This document shows, piece by piece, positions 46,754-57,005 of a DNA stretch of 64,000 nucleotides. The stretch comes from Candidatus Multivorans sp. (GTDB lineage: Bacteria; Acidobacteriota; Thermoanaerobaculia; Multivoradales; Multivoraceae): assembly GCA_965224025.1 (NCBI GenBank), contig OZ245033.1, positions 288,001 to 352,000 on the forward strand. The letters run 5' to 3'. Under the pieces are notes generated by a model. It did no database searches, was not told the DNA's origin, and saw nothing but the letters and a program-made list of their open reading frames with translations. How positions within the stretch are numbered: position 1 is the stretch's first letter; each line of letters opens with the position of its first letter. A program made the position numbers and the translations under genes.

Positions 46754-47716
46754 TCACTGCTGGTAGTTCAGGCGCAGGCCCGGCCGCGGCCAGTCGGCCG
46801 CAACCAGGGCGCCGATCCCCGACAACGTGATGTAGGCGGTCCTGAGGTCGCCTCCGCCAAAGCAGATGTTCGTGGTCAGTGGATCGGGAGCGGACACGCG
46901 ATCGACGATCTCGCCCTCGGGCGAAACGACGGTGATGCAACCGGTGATCAGGGTGCCGAGACAGATGTTGCCGCCCGCCTCGACCGCCAGGGAGTCCCAG
47001 AGCCCGAGGCCGGGCGGGTCGACGACCAGGCGGCCGCTGATGGGCAGGACCGTCGTGTCCTGGACCACGGATCCGGGTGACGGAATCGGCCAGCTCCACA
47101 GCCGCGTCGGATAGGTCTCGGCGACGTAGAGCAGGTCGCCGTCAGGCCCGAGCCCGATGCCGTTCGGCCCGTCGAGCGGAAAGATGACCTCCTCGATGAG
47201 CGAGCCGTCCGCCCTGGCGTAGAAGACGCCGGTGCGGTCGCGGTCCCGCTCCCGGGTCTGGCCGTGGTCCGTGAACCAGAAGCCGCCGCGGTCGTCGAAG
47301 ACGATGTCGTTCGGCGCCCGTAGCGGCCTGCCGTCGCACTCGGTGTAGAGATCCTCGACCTTGCCGGTGTGGATGTCGACCCGCTGGATGCGGCCCCCGA
47401 TGTAGTCCGAATGCTGGAGCCCGGGGACGTGCAACTCGCCGCCAGGAAAACCGGCGATGGGCAGCGGCCCGACGTTCAAGCGCTGGTAGTCAAAGCCGCC
47501 GTTGTTGCACACGTAGACGCTGCCGTCGGGCCCGAAGGCGGCTCCGTTCGGCCCGCCGCCGCACCGCGCCAGGACCTGGTGACGGCCGTTCGCCTTGACC
47601 CGCTTGAGGTTTCCACCGGCTATCTCCACGACGATGACGCTGCCGTCATCCATGGCGATCGGCCCTTCCGGGAAATCCAGACCGGTCGTGATCTCGCGCA
47701 GGACCGGCATGCTCAC
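46754..47716 (-). CDS. SMP-30/gluconolactonase/LRE family protein
   Basis: FPEGP, GPNG, PNDIVFD..FWFTD, PNGIGL, TTNICFGG. Confidence 0.9.
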   Translation of the reverse strand: MSMPVLREITTGLDFPEGPIAMDDGSVIVVEIAGGNLKRVKANGRHQVLARCGGGPNGAAFGPDGSVYVCNNGGFDYQRLNVGPLPIAGFPGGELHVPGLQHSDYIGGRIQRVDIHTGKVEDLYTECDGRPLRAPNDIVFDDRGGFWFTDHGQTRERDRDRTGVFYARADGSLIEEVIFPLDGPNGIGLGPDGDLLYVAETYPTRLWSWPIPSPGSVVQDTTVLPISGRLVVDPPGLGLWDSLAVEAGGNICLGTLITGCITVVSPEGEIVDRVSAPDPLTTNICFGGGDLRTAYITLSGIGALVAADWPRPGLRLNYQQ

Positions 47717-47722
47717 TTGTGC

Positions 47723-49198
47723 TCAGACGGTCGCATCGAAGGTCTCCGTCACACCCAGCCATGGAAGGAAGACATCGATCGGCCCCCTGTTGACCGGGGT
47801 CCACAAGGGTTCCTTCATTCCCGCCTCCCAGCCTCGGTAGAGCTCCAGGAGGGCTTCGACGCGCGCCGGTTCGCGGCGAGAAAGGTCCTCGACCTCGCCC
47901 GGTGAAGTCCGTAGATCGAAGAGGAAGAGGTGGCGCTCGTTGACGCTCACCAGTTTCCATGGACCACTTCGCACCGCGAAGTTCTCGGCGTTGCGCCAGA
48001 ACAGCGGCCTTGTCGCAGGCGGCTCGGCGGCTGTCAGCAGGCCTGTCAGGTCGACGCCATCGAGCGTCAAGCTACCCGGCGGAGAAATACCCGCAAGCCG
48101 GAGCACCGTGGGCAGGATGTCGAGAGAGCTCACCGGTGTCGACTCGACTCTTCCAGCCTCGATCCGGCCGGGCCACGAGGCCAGGAACGGCACCCGCACG
48201 CCGCCCTCGAAGTGCAACAGCTTGCCGCCCAGAAACGGATCGTTGGAACAGGCCTCCACATAGGTGGCGCAGCCATTGTCCGACAGGAAGAGCACCAGGG
48301 TGCGTTCCTCCACCCCGGTCGAGCGCAGCTTGGACATGATCGCGCCGACGCCGTCATCGAGGGCGCCGACCATGGCCGCGAAGACGCGCTTGCGCTCGTC
48401 GCCGATCTCGGGGAAGCGGTCGTAGTACTCGTCCGTCACCTGCAGAGGCGTGTGCGGCGCGTTGTACGCGACGTAGAGGAAGAACGGCCCGCCCTGGTGG
48501 CGGTCAATGAAATCGACCGCCTCCCGGGTGAAGGCGTCGGTTAAGTACTCCGTCTCCTGGACCGGCTCGCCGCCGCGCTGAATGGGGTTGATCCCGGGTC
48601 GATGCCGGAATTCGTGAGGTCGGCGGCCACCGGCGATCGACGCTGAGGCGACGGTGCGGACGCCCGGCTGATCCGCGGGGTCCATGTAGAGGTTGCCACC
48701 ATGCAGAAAACCGAAGAACTCGTCGAAGCCGCGTTGCCGCGGCTGAAACCGCGGTTGCGAGCCGAGGTGCCACTTTCCCACCATGCCGGTGGCGTAGCCG
48801 GCGCTCTTGAGCAGCTCCGGCAGCATGACCTCGGAAGTCGGCGCGCCGAGTCCCGCGTCCTCGACGCGTTGCATGGAGCCGGCGCCGAACTCGTGGCCGA
48901 AACGCTGCTGATAGCGACCGGTGAGCAAACCGGCTCGAGTCGGGCTGCACAGCGGAGCGCTGACGTAGCCGTCGGTGAAGCGAATGCCCGCGGCCGCCAG
49001 CGCGTCCATATGGGGCGTGCGCCCGTTCTCGCAACCGTAGGAACAGACATCGCCATAGCCGAGATCGTCAGCGACGATGAGCACGACGTTGGGTGGCGAC
49101 GGAGGGTCAACCGGCGAAGGCGCTCCATCCCCCCTCTCGCAGGCCGCAAACAGGACCGCGAGAGACAGCAGACAGATCCCCGAACCCGCGCCCTTCAT
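47723..49198 (-). CDS. Formylglycine-dependent (S1) sulfatase, probable lipoprotein
   Basis: PNVVLIVADDLG, CSPTRAGLLTG, GKWHLG, SDNG, EGGVRVP; lipobox LFAAC. Confidence 0.92.
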   Translation of the reverse strand: MKGAGSGICLLSLAVLFAACERGDGAPSPVDPPSPPNVVLIVADDLGYGDVCSYGCENGRTPHMDALAAAGIRFTDGYVSAPLCSPTRAGLLTGRYQQRFGHEFGAGSMQRVEDAGLGAPTSEVMLPELLKSAGYATGMVGKWHLGSQPRFQPRQRGFDEFFGFLHGGNLYMDPADQPGVRTVASASIAGGRRPHEFRHRPGINPIQRGGEPVQETEYLTDAFTREAVDFIDRHQGGPFFLYVAYNAPHTPLQVTDEYYDRFPEIGDERKRVFAAMVGALDDGVGAIMSKLRSTGVEERTLVLFLSDNGCATYVEACSNDPFLGGKLLHFEGGVRVPFLASWPGRIEAGRVESTPVSSLDILPTVLRLAGISPPGSLTLDGVDLTGLLTAAEPPATRPLFWRNAENFAVRSGPWKLVSVNERHLFLFDLRTSPGEVEDLSRREPARVEALLELYRGWEAGMKEPLWTPVNRGPIDVFLPWLGVTETFDATV

Positions 49199-50949
49199 TG
49201 CCCCGGTCCACCCGGCGCCTTTTCGAGCTCGTCCAGCAGGGACCCCCGCAGCCGGAACTTCTGGATCTTGTTGGTCGGGGTCCTGGGCAGATCGTCCAGC
49301 AACCGAACGTGACCGGGCCGCATGTGGCGGGGCAGGTTCCGGTGCAGCCACTCTTTGAACTCTTCCGCGCCGACCTCGGCGCCGGGCCTCATCACGGCGA
49401 ACACCGCAACCTCCTCCTCGTCACCCTCGCTGGCCGGCACTCCCACGGCCGCGCAAAGGCGGACATCGGGATGCTCGCCGACCAGTTCCTCGACTTCGTA
49501 CGAGGAGATGTTCTCGCCCTTGCTGCGGATGAAGTTCCCCATGCGGTCCGCGAAATAGAGCAGCCCGTCGCCATCCATGACCGCGGCGTCACCCGTGTGG
49601 AGCCAGCCGTTCGCGAGGAGTTCAGCGGTGGCTTCCGGCCGGCCCCAGTAGCCCGCGGTAAAGAGGTCGGGCAGCCGTCCTCGGAACGCGAGCTGGCCAT
49701 ACCGTTCCGGCGGCAATGCCTCGTCGTCGGGACCGAGGATCCCGGCTTCAACGAACACGCTGGGCGCGCCCATCAGACCCTTGCGGATCTTGCGGTCGCC
49801 CCGGTAGATCGGGTACCCCGAGCGGCGCGCGAACTCGAGCATCTCCTCCTTGGGGCGGCCGCGATACAGGTCCGGTGGCGTTCCGCCGCCGTCCGGGAAT
49901 TGGTCGATCAGGGCGAGGGCGCCGAGTCCCGTCTCCGTCTGGCCGTAGGCGGTCGCGCAGATGTCCAGGCCGAAGCGTCGGGCCAGACCGTGGTGGCTCT
50001 CGGGCAGCGGCGTCAGGTTGACGCAGCGGAGGGTGTTTCGCGCGTCGTCCGCCCTCTCGGCAGCCGCGACCAGCCTTGAGATCATGACGTCGATCAGGAT
50101 CGCCGTCGTGGCGCCCCGGCGGGCGATCCGCCGCCAGTAGTCGCGGGCGCTGAAGCGGTCCCACATCGCCACCTCGCACCCCACCCAGGCGGCGCGTACG
50201 ACATTGCTGATCGCGCCCGCGGCGTGGTACAGCGGCAGATCGTTGTAGACCACGTCGTCGCGGTCGATCAGGCAGCGGGGAGCGTAGCTGAACTGGTTCA
50301 TCCAGCGATGGGACTGGAGCACTCCCTTGCTCGGCCCCGTGGTACCCGACGTGTAGAGGATGTTCGCTAGGTCGGCCGGCTCCTGCGGTGCGCGCGAACC
50401 GTCACCGCCGGCCTCCAGCAACTCGGCGAAGTCGCCGACGGTCCGGCAGCCCTCGGCTGTAGCGCCCGACACGGCCGGATCGAAGTCGTGGTCGTCCCGA
50501 GCCGGTCGATGGACCACGAGATCCGGCTCAGCCAGAACGTCGGCGGCGGCCGCCAACCGGGGCAGCAGGCTCTCCTCGCTGATCACGAGCCGGGGCTGCA
50601 GGTCGCGCAGTTGATGCCCCAGAAGGCGGCCGGTCAGGCTGTAGTTGATCGGACAGTAAACGGCGCCGAGGCGCCACAGGGAGAACATCGACAGCGCGCA
50701 AACGAGAGGGTTGGTCAGGAACAGGGCGACCCGGTCCCCGGCCCCGACTCCGAGCCGGCGCAGCCCGCCGGCGATTCCTGAACACAGGCGCTCCATCTCG
50801 ACGAACGAGATCGAGCGGTCCTCCTCGCCGTAGTAGATGAAGGTCCGATCGCCCCGGCTGGCCGCCCACTCCTCGAGCCGGTCGAGGACGAGATCGCCGT
50901 CGCGGGCGAGTTCAGCCTCCAGGCGTCCGACGTCTTCAGGCGAAGTCAT
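49195..50949 (-). CDS. CaiC-like acyl-CoA ligase
   Basis: YTSGTTGPSKG, AYGQTE, GWLHTGD, GENISSYEVE, PRTPTNKIQK. Confidence 0.88.
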   Translation of the reverse strand: MTSPEDVGRLEAELARDGDLVLDRLEEWAASRGDRTFIYYGEEDRSISFVEMERLCSGIAGGLRRLGVGAGDRVALFLTNPLVCALSMFSLWRLGAVYCPINYSLTGRLLGHQLRDLQPRLVISEESLLPRLAAAADVLAEPDLVVHRPARDDHDFDPAVSGATAEGCRTVGDFAELLEAGGDGSRAPQEPADLANILYTSGTTGPSKGVLQSHRWMNQFSYAPRCLIDRDDVVYNDLPLYHAAGAISNVVRAAWVGCEVAMWDRFSARDYWRRIARRGATTAILIDVMISRLVAAAERADDARNTLRCVNLTPLPESHHGLARRFGLDICATAYGQTETGLGALALIDQFPDGGGTPPDLYRGRPKEEMLEFARRSGYPIYRGDRKIRKGLMGAPSVFVEAGILGPDDEALPPERYGQLAFRGRLPDLFTAGYWGRPEATAELLANGWLHTGDAAVMDGDGLLYFADRMGNFIRSKGENISSYEVEELVGEHPDVRLCAAVGVPASEGDEEEVAVFAVMRPGAEVGAEEFKEWLHRNLPRHMRPGHVRLLDDLPRTPTNKIQKFRLRGSLLDELEKAPGGPGQ

Positions 50950-51796
50950 CTTCGATCAACGCCCGCCCCTGAGTGAGCACCGGCAACTCCCCGGTGGAAG
51001 CGGTGAACAGCACCTCTCCGCCGCCGGCCCGCCATGCCTCGATGGTCAACGTGTCACCCGGCACGACCGGCGCTGAGAACCGGACCTCGATCTCGGTCAA
51101 CCGCTCCGGGTTGCCGTCGCAGAACTCCCGAACGAGGGCGACCGCCGCGTAGCCGAGGGTCGCCGGACCCTGCAGGACGGGCCGCTCGAAACCGCGGCTG
51201 CGCGCGAACTCCTCTTCGACGTGGATCGGATCGGCGACGCCGTTGAGTTGGTAGAGAAGCGCCTGGGTTTCGGGAACCGCCGCGGACCAGCGCAGATCCG
51301 GCGGTCGATCCGGCGCTCGACGCTTCGGCGGCGACGCGAGTCCCGGATCGCCCCCGAATCCGCCCGACCCGAGCAGCGCGGAGCTGGCGATCAGCTCGAA
51401 GACCAGGTCGCCTTCGTCGCCCCGGCCCTCGACCCGGGTTCGCATGATCGCGAGCGACCCCTTGTCCCAGATGTCGGTGACCTCCGCCGACACGTGCAAT
51501 CGGCCGGAGGCCGCCAGCGGGCGACGCATGCGCAGGTGCTCGCCGGCCTCGACGCGATGGTAGTTCCGCACCAGGTCCTCAAAGTGCGGGCTCAGCGAGT
51601 GCATGGCGACCAGGCAGAACGTCGGCAGGACGCGCAGCCCTCCATTCGGATCCTCGGCGAACCGGGCGAGGTCCCCGGCGCCCGCGCCCACGCTCAGCGC
51701 GTAGAGACCGACATCCCGCTGGTCGTAGGCGAACACCTGGGGGCCGGCCCGGCGACCGATGTCGGCGAGATCGGCCTTGGGAGGCCTCGCCGCCAT
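50936..51796 (-). CDS. MaoC double-hotdog hydratase-2-like protein (degenerate motif)
   Basis: LYALSVG, GSGGFGG, LYQLNGVADPIH, FERPVLQG, VRFSAPVVPGD. Confidence 0.8.
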   Translation of the reverse strand: MAARPPKADLADIGRRAGPQVFAYDQRDVGLYALSVGAGAGDLARFAEDPNGGLRVLPTFCLVAMHSLSPHFEDLVRNYHRVEAGEHLRMRRPLAASGRLHVSAEVTDIWDKGSLAIMRTRVEGRGDEGDLVFELIASSALLGSGGFGGDPGLASPPKRRAPDRPPDLRWSAAVPETQALLYQLNGVADPIHVEEEFARSRGFERPVLQGPATLGYAAVALVREFCDGNPERLTEIEVRFSAPVVPGDTLTIEAWRAGGGEVLFTASTGELPVLTQGRALIEDDFA

Positions 51797-52632
51797 CAGT
51801 CGGTGACGGCGTAGGCGTTGCTGATGACGACTCCCCGGGGAGTCGAAACCTGAATCAGGGTGCGGCCGTTCTCCTTCCAACCCCGCGTGGTGAGGTCCTC
51901 GCCCGGAAACACGACATCCGAGAAGCGGGCCTTGAACTCGCGGAAGCGACCCACGTCGCCGTCGCACAGCCCCTCGACGATCGCTCGCACGGCGAAGCCG
52001 TACGTGCACAGACCATGCAGGATCGGCCGGTCGAAACCGGCCGTCCTGGCGAACTCCGGATCGATGTGCAGCGGGTTGTAGTCGCCGCTCAGACGGTACA
52101 GGGCCGCCTGACCTCGCGGGATCGTGTACGTGATGTCGAGATCGGGCCGCACGCCGGCGGGCGGATCCAGGGCCTCGGCCTTTGGACCGGGGTCGCCGCC
52201 GAATCCACCGCCGCCCCGGTAGAAGCCGACCTTGAGGGTTTCGAAGACCTTCTCGCCCTCCACCGTTGCGCCGGCTGCACTCGTGTGGATGACCGCCGCC
52301 TTGCCCTTGTCGAAGATGTTGACGACCCTTGCGGTCACGACCAACGGCCCCTCGGGCGGAATCGGACGGAACGTGCGAATCAGTTGCTCGCCGTGCAGCA
52401 TGCGCGTCTGATCGAACCGCCCTTCCAGATCCCCCATCGCCTCGTACTCGGGAATCACGCAGTAGCTCGGCAGCACCTGGAGGCCGCCCGAGGCGCCCTC
52501 ATAGAGAAGCCCAAGGTCGTCGACCGGCACTCCCACGCCAAGGGCGTAGAGAACAACGTCCTTCCAGCCGTAATCGACGGACCTCGCGGCGGTCTCCAGA
52601 CCGATGAGATCTGCAAGGCCCGGTTCCGGCAT
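51796..52632 (-). CDS. MaoC/MFE-2-type (R)-enoyl-CoA hydratase 2
   Basis: YRLSGDYNPLHIDP..GFDRPILHGLCTYG hydratase-2 signature. Confidence 0.9.
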   Translation of the reverse strand: MPEPGLADLIGLETAARSVDYGWKDVVLYALGVGVPVDDLGLLYEGASGGLQVLPSYCVIPEYEAMGDLEGRFDQTRMLHGEQLIRTFRPIPPEGPLVVTARVVNIFDKGKAAVIHTSAAGATVEGEKVFETLKVGFYRGGGGFGGDPGPKAEALDPPAGVRPDLDITYTIPRGQAALYRLSGDYNPLHIDPEFARTAGFDRPILHGLCTYGFAVRAIVEGLCDGDVGRFREFKARFSDVVFPGEDLTTRGWKENGRTLIQVSTPRGVVISNAYAVTD

Positions 52633-52742
52633 CTGCTCCTCCGCGGCGGCGGCTTCCCTGATCGGTTGGACTACGATAACAGCCCCCCGCGAGGCCCCGT
52701 CAATCGACTCCCGGTACGAGTCGGAATGCAGGAGACCACCCC

Positions 52743-53921
52743 ATGTACAGTCTAACCGACGAAGTGCGTGAACACCGCCAGCTCTTTCGGACCTTCATCA
52801 ACGAGCACGTGATTCCGGCGGAGGCCGATCTGGCGGCGGAGTACGACCCGACCGGACCGACCTTCACGCGCCTCAAGGAAGAGGCCAAGCGCCAAGGCCT
52901 GTGGGCAATCGGCCATCCAAGGGACCTCGGCGGCGGCGGTCTGGGCTTCATGCCCTTCGTTTACCTGAACGAGATCATCGGTCGCTCCTATTGGGGCCAA
53001 GTCTGCGTCGGCAGCGTCTCGATGCAGGACTCGATCATGCTCAACCTCTACGCCAGCGACGAGCAGCGGGAGCGGTTTCTCAAGCCATTGGTCGCGGGAG
53101 ACATGTATCCCTCGGTCGGCCTGACCGAGCCCGAGGTCGCGGGTTCGGACCCGACCCTGATGCAGACGACGGCCGTCCTCGACGGCGACGACTGGGTGAT
53201 CAACGGCCACAAGTGGTTCACGTCGAGCGCCGACATCGCGGCGTTCACCACCGTCTTCTGCATCACCGAGCCCGAAGCGGACCGCTACGCGAAGTTCTCT
53301 TCGATCATCGTCCCGACCGATACGCCGGGCTACAACATCGTGCGCGTCATCCCGACCATGGGCAACGTTCACAGCGGCCACTGCGAGGTCCGGCTCGAAG
53401 ACGTGCGAGTCCCCAGGGCCAACCTGCTCGGCAACCGTGGCGAGGGATTCGTGATCGCTCAGAAGCGCCTGGGACCGGGGCGGATCTTCCACTGCATGAG
53501 ATGGCTGGGTCAGGCCCAGCGAGCCTTCGAGCTGATGTGCGAACGGGCATCGAGCCGCTGGGCCCACGGTTCGCTGCTCTCCGAGAAGGGGGAGATTCAG
53601 CGCTTCATCGCGGAATCGGCGGCCGAAATCCAGGCGGCGAGGATGATGACCCTGAACGCGGCCCAGGTGCTCGATCAGGGAGGCGAAGCGCGGGTGGAGA
53701 TCTCACTGATCAAGTTCTGGGGCGCGCGCATGCTCCACAACGTGATCGACCGCGCCATCCAGGTCCACGGCGCCCTCGGCGTCACCGGCGATACGCCGCT
53801 CGAGCACATGTACCGCGAGGCCCGCTACGCGCGCATCTACGACGGACCCGACGAAGTCCACCGCATGGTGGTGGCGCGGCGCCTGTGCCGGGATCCCCAC
53901 GGCGCGCCGCCCTGGGCCTAA
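52743..53921 (+). CDS. Acyl-CoA dehydrogenase (ACAD10/11-like)
   Basis: LTEPEVAGSDP, INGHKWF, RLGPGRIFHCMR, AIQVHGALG, RIYDGPDEVH. Confidence 0.93.
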   Translation: MYSLTDEVREHRQLFRTFINEHVIPAEADLAAEYDPTGPTFTRLKEEAKRQGLWAIGHPRDLGGGGLGFMPFVYLNEIIGRSYWGQVCVGSVSMQDSIMLNLYASDEQRERFLKPLVAGDMYPSVGLTEPEVAGSDPTLMQTTAVLDGDDWVINGHKWFTSSADIAAFTTVFCITEPEADRYAKFSSIIVPTDTPGYNIVRVIPTMGNVHSGHCEVRLEDVRVPRANLLGNRGEGFVIAQKRLGPGRIFHCMRWLGQAQRAFELMCERASSRWAHGSLLSEKGEIQRFIAESAAEIQAARMMTLNAAQVLDQGGEARVEISLIKFWGARMLHNVIDRAIQVHGALGVTGDTPLEHMYREARYARIYDGPDEVHRMVVARRLCRDPHGAPPWA

Positions 53922-53944
53922 GCCTGAACGGACGGCAGCCCTAC

Positions 53945-56662
53945 TCAGAAGCGGATGCCGACGTGTACGCGGTACTCGCGCGGCGATTGCAGGGCCGCCG
54001 TGCCCGGAAGCTGGCGGCCGTTGGCGCGGTTGATACCGATGATCTCCTGCTCGTTCGTGATGTTCACCAATTCGAGGCCCACCCTGCCGTGCGTCCCGCC
54101 TCCGAGAGGAAAGTCCCACATTCCGGTCAGGTTGACGGTGTGGGTGTCCTCGAGCTGGTTGACGTCTCGCGGTTCCCGGTAGGACGACGTGTTGATCCTG
54201 GCGCCCGTGACCGGGTGGACGAGCCGGGTCGCTTGCCGGCGCCCCCAGCGCTCGCCGCTGCGGAAACCGTAGTAGCCGCCGATTGAGATGTTGTGGCTCC
54301 CCAGAACGAAGTTCCGCAGAGCCACGACATTCAGGTTGTGGGTGCGATCGAGGAACCCGTGGCCTTCGCGGAAGACGACGGTCGCGTCGGTGGCGCCGGT
54401 GCCGAGTTCGACTCCGCCCAGACCTTCACCGAGATCGTCGTCGTAGATGACGGCGTTGTCGTTGCGGCCGAAGTTGTTGCCGTTGTTGTTCGACCAGGTG
54501 TAGTTCGCCTGCATCGTCCAGTCGTTGCGCATGGCGCGGCGAAGCGTCAGGCGCAGGCCTTCGTACTCGCGGAAGGCGTCGGGTCGATTCCGCACTTCAC
54601 GGAAGATCCGCCCCGCGTCGTCGTACTGATGGGTTGCCAGGTAAAGGTCATTCAGCTCCCAGGTGATGCCCGTGGCCTCGAAGAGCCATATGTCGCCGAA
54701 CTGGGCCGCGATTCCGATCGTGAACTCGTCCTTGTAGTACGGGTCCACCGCCTGCACCGCGTTCGGATTGGCCGGAGTCGCCCGCCGCGCGAAACGGTCG
54801 TAGCGCTGAGTCGCCGGGTTCCAGTTGTACTGGTTGTAGAGGTTGCGGCCATTGGGCAGGGTGCTGAACTCCCGGGTCACCAGATCGCCTTGAAGAATCT
54901 GGTAGTAGCGCCCGGCGTTCAACCTGAAGACCAGCGTGCCGTCACGCCTGATGTCGTAGTTGGCCGCCAGCCGCGGCGCCACCTCGGTCCAGTCATTGAT
55001 CTTGGTACCGACATCGTTGTTCTGTTTCTGGCTGTCCAGGCGCAGGCCGTAGTAGATGTTCCACTGGTCGGACGCCGCCACGCGATCGTCGGCATAGACG
55101 GAGAGGATCTCGTCGGCGTTGACGGTCGGACTCGGCGGATCGAAGACGTTGAGGAACTGCGGTCGAGCGAAGCCCCCAGGCAGGCTCGGGTCATAGCCGA
55201 TGCCGTAGAAGCGATGGCCGATCTCGTTCACGGCCTCGATCGAAAGGTCCTGGTAGTCGGCGCCGAACTTGAACTGGTGATTGCCGCGGAACGTGCCGAT
55301 CGACACATTCGCCTGCTCGCGCGGAATCGTGATGTAGCCCTCTCCCGCGGGGTGACCGATCGTGTTGTAACGAATGCGCGATCCCCGGTCCTCGTACGAG
55401 AAGTTGTTGCCCAGCGGAGTGTGGGAGTCGGCGCCCGGGCTGGGAGTTCGTGAACGGATGATGCCCCGGTTGACCGTGTTCTCCTGCGATGCGATCTTGA
55501 GCTCCAGGAAGGACGATGAACTGAGACTCGCGCTCCACGTACCGGAGAAGAACTCGCCCGGCAGGTCGCACTTGCAGACGGCGAACTCGTCGCCGGTCGA
55601 GACGTTGGCGTGGTTCTTGTCGATCGGGCTGTCCACGCCGGTGACAGTGAAGTAGTGGCGCTCGTTGGGCTGGAAGCTGAGCTTCAGCGTCGCCACGTTG
55701 GCCTTGAAGCTGATGTCCTCAAAACTGCCGTCCCCGAGAATGTCGAGACTGTTGGTGTTCTGCTTCGAGTGGGCGGCGAAGAACCAGGCCTTGTCGCGCT
55801 TCAGGTAGCCGCCGAGGTTGGCCTCGTAGCTGTTCTCGACATCGCTCGATCGCGGATGTCCGGGCGCCACATCCGAGGTCGCCTTCCACTTCTGGCTTTG
55901 CGGGATCAGCAAGGCCTGACCGTGAAAGTCGTTGGTGCCCGACTTGATCACCGCGTTGGTGACGCCGCCGACCACCCGGCCGTACTCGGCGCCGAAGCCG
56001 GCGTCCTCCAGCCGCACCTCTTCCAGCGAACTCGATGGCAGCATCGCTCGCGGGCTGCCGCCGAAGCGCATGAAGCTGATGTCGACGCCGTCGACGAACC
56101 CGGCCATCTCGACATCCTGGCCGCCGTTGACGGCGAACTTGATGTCGCCCTGAAAGCGGGACGTGGCGTCATGAACCACGCCCGGCAGCACCTCCATCGA
56201 CGCCTGGTAGTTGCGGCCCTTGAAGCTCAACTGCTCCGCGACCTCGGCCTCCAGACTGGTCTGCGAACCGACGGCGTACTTGTCGATGGTCACCGCATCC
56301 GAGACCACCGTGATCGTCTCTTCAGTCGCCGAAATCAGAGTCATGTCGAGCGTTCGGCGGCCGCCGGATTCGACCTGTACGGCCGCCTCCGCGGTTCCCA
56401 TGCCCTCCAGGTCCGCGCTGAGCCGGTAAGAACCCGGAGCAACCAGGAGGAACCTGAACCTTCCTTCTGCGTCAGTGATGCCGGCCATGTCGCCGCGGTC
56501 ACCGCCGAGTGTCACGGTCGCGCCGGGAACCCCGGCGCCGGCGTTGTTGCGAACGACGCCGTCCACGGTGCCGGTCTGGACACCGTCCGCCCACAACGAC
56601 AAGGGGCAACAGAGGGCGATCGCAAGGATCCAGGGCAGCAGGTGAAACGTCCGATCCTTCAT
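53945..56662 (-). CDS. TonB-dependent receptor (Oar-type, carboxypeptidase-regulatory N-domain)
   Basis: GVPGATVTL..GSYRL, GFGAEYGRVVGGV.N..IKSGTNDFHG, C-terminal PREYRVHVGIRF. Confidence 0.9.
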   Translation of the reverse strand: MKDRTFHLLPWILAIALCCPLSLWADGVQTGTVDGVVRNNAGAGVPGATVTLGGDRGDMAGITDAEGRFRFLLVAPGSYRLSADLEGMGTAEAAVQVESGGRRTLDMTLISATEETITVVSDAVTIDKYAVGSQTSLEAEVAEQLSFKGRNYQASMEVLPGVVHDATSRFQGDIKFAVNGGQDVEMAGFVDGVDISFMRFGGSPRAMLPSSSLEEVRLEDAGFGAEYGRVVGGVTNAVIKSGTNDFHGQALLIPQSQKWKATSDVAPGHPRSSDVENSYEANLGGYLKRDKAWFFAAHSKQNTNSLDILGDGSFEDISFKANVATLKLSFQPNERHYFTVTGVDSPIDKNHANVSTGDEFAVCKCDLPGEFFSGTWSASLSSSSFLELKIASQENTVNRGIIRSRTPSPGADSHTPLGNNFSYEDRGSRIRYNTIGHPAGEGYITIPREQANVSIGTFRGNHQFKFGADYQDLSIEAVNEIGHRFYGIGYDPSLPGGFARPQFLNVFDPPSPTVNADEILSVYADDRVAASDQWNIYYGLRLDSQKQNNDVGTKINDWTEVAPRLAANYDIRRDGTLVFRLNAGRYYQILQGDLVTREFSTLPNGRNLYNQYNWNPATQRYDRFARRATPANPNAVQAVDPYYKDEFTIGIAAQFGDIWLFEATGITWELNDLYLATHQYDDAGRIFREVRNRPDAFREYEGLRLTLRRAMRNDWTMQANYTWSNNNGNNFGRNDNAVIYDDDLGEGLGGVELGTGATDATVVFREGHGFLDRTHNLNVVALRNFVLGSHNISIGGYYGFRSGERWGRRQATRLVHPVTGARINTSSYREPRDVNQLEDTHTVNLTGMWDFPLGGGTHGRVGLELVNITNEQEIIGINRANGRQLPGTAALQSPREYRVHVGIRF

Positions 56663-56809
56663 GGCTCGCCTCCGAACTGGTTCTTGATAGGGGATCTTGG
56701 GAGCCTATGACAACGTGGTTCGAATCTCAAACGCTGATTGGGGTCCGAGATTCCCGGCTGCTAGCGCCGAACGCGGGCCAGTCCGCCAAGTCGGATTCCG
56801 CCCGCGGCG

Positions 56810-56906
56810 GATGCGGGCCAGAACCCGGGTGGCGCGATCCGCGCCACCCGCGAACCACTCTGTGCGCCCGTCATCGGGCGCACAGATGGCAGGCCCGCGC
56901 ACCCAG
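56810..56906 (+). repeat. REP variant with a 68-nt double-hairpin insertion in its loop
   Basis: gatgcgggccagaa-[56824-56891]-ggcccgcgcacccag; the insert contains cgggtggcgcg/cgcgccacccg and tctgtgcgcccg/cgggcgcacaga. Confidence 0.7.
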
Positions 56907-56973
56907 AGACAAGTCGGTGCCCGCCTAGAGCGCGCCAAGCAACCAGCCAACATGCACAGCCACCGTTCCCTGC

Positions 56974-57005
56974 GCGTCAGCGCAGCGCACGCGCTGCGCT
57001 GACGC
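56974..57005. terminator. Perfect 15-bp hairpin immediately after the sulfatase stop (terminator or stabiliser; no U-tract)
   Basis: gcgtcagcgcagcgc-ac-gcgctgcgctgacgc. Confidence 0.45.
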
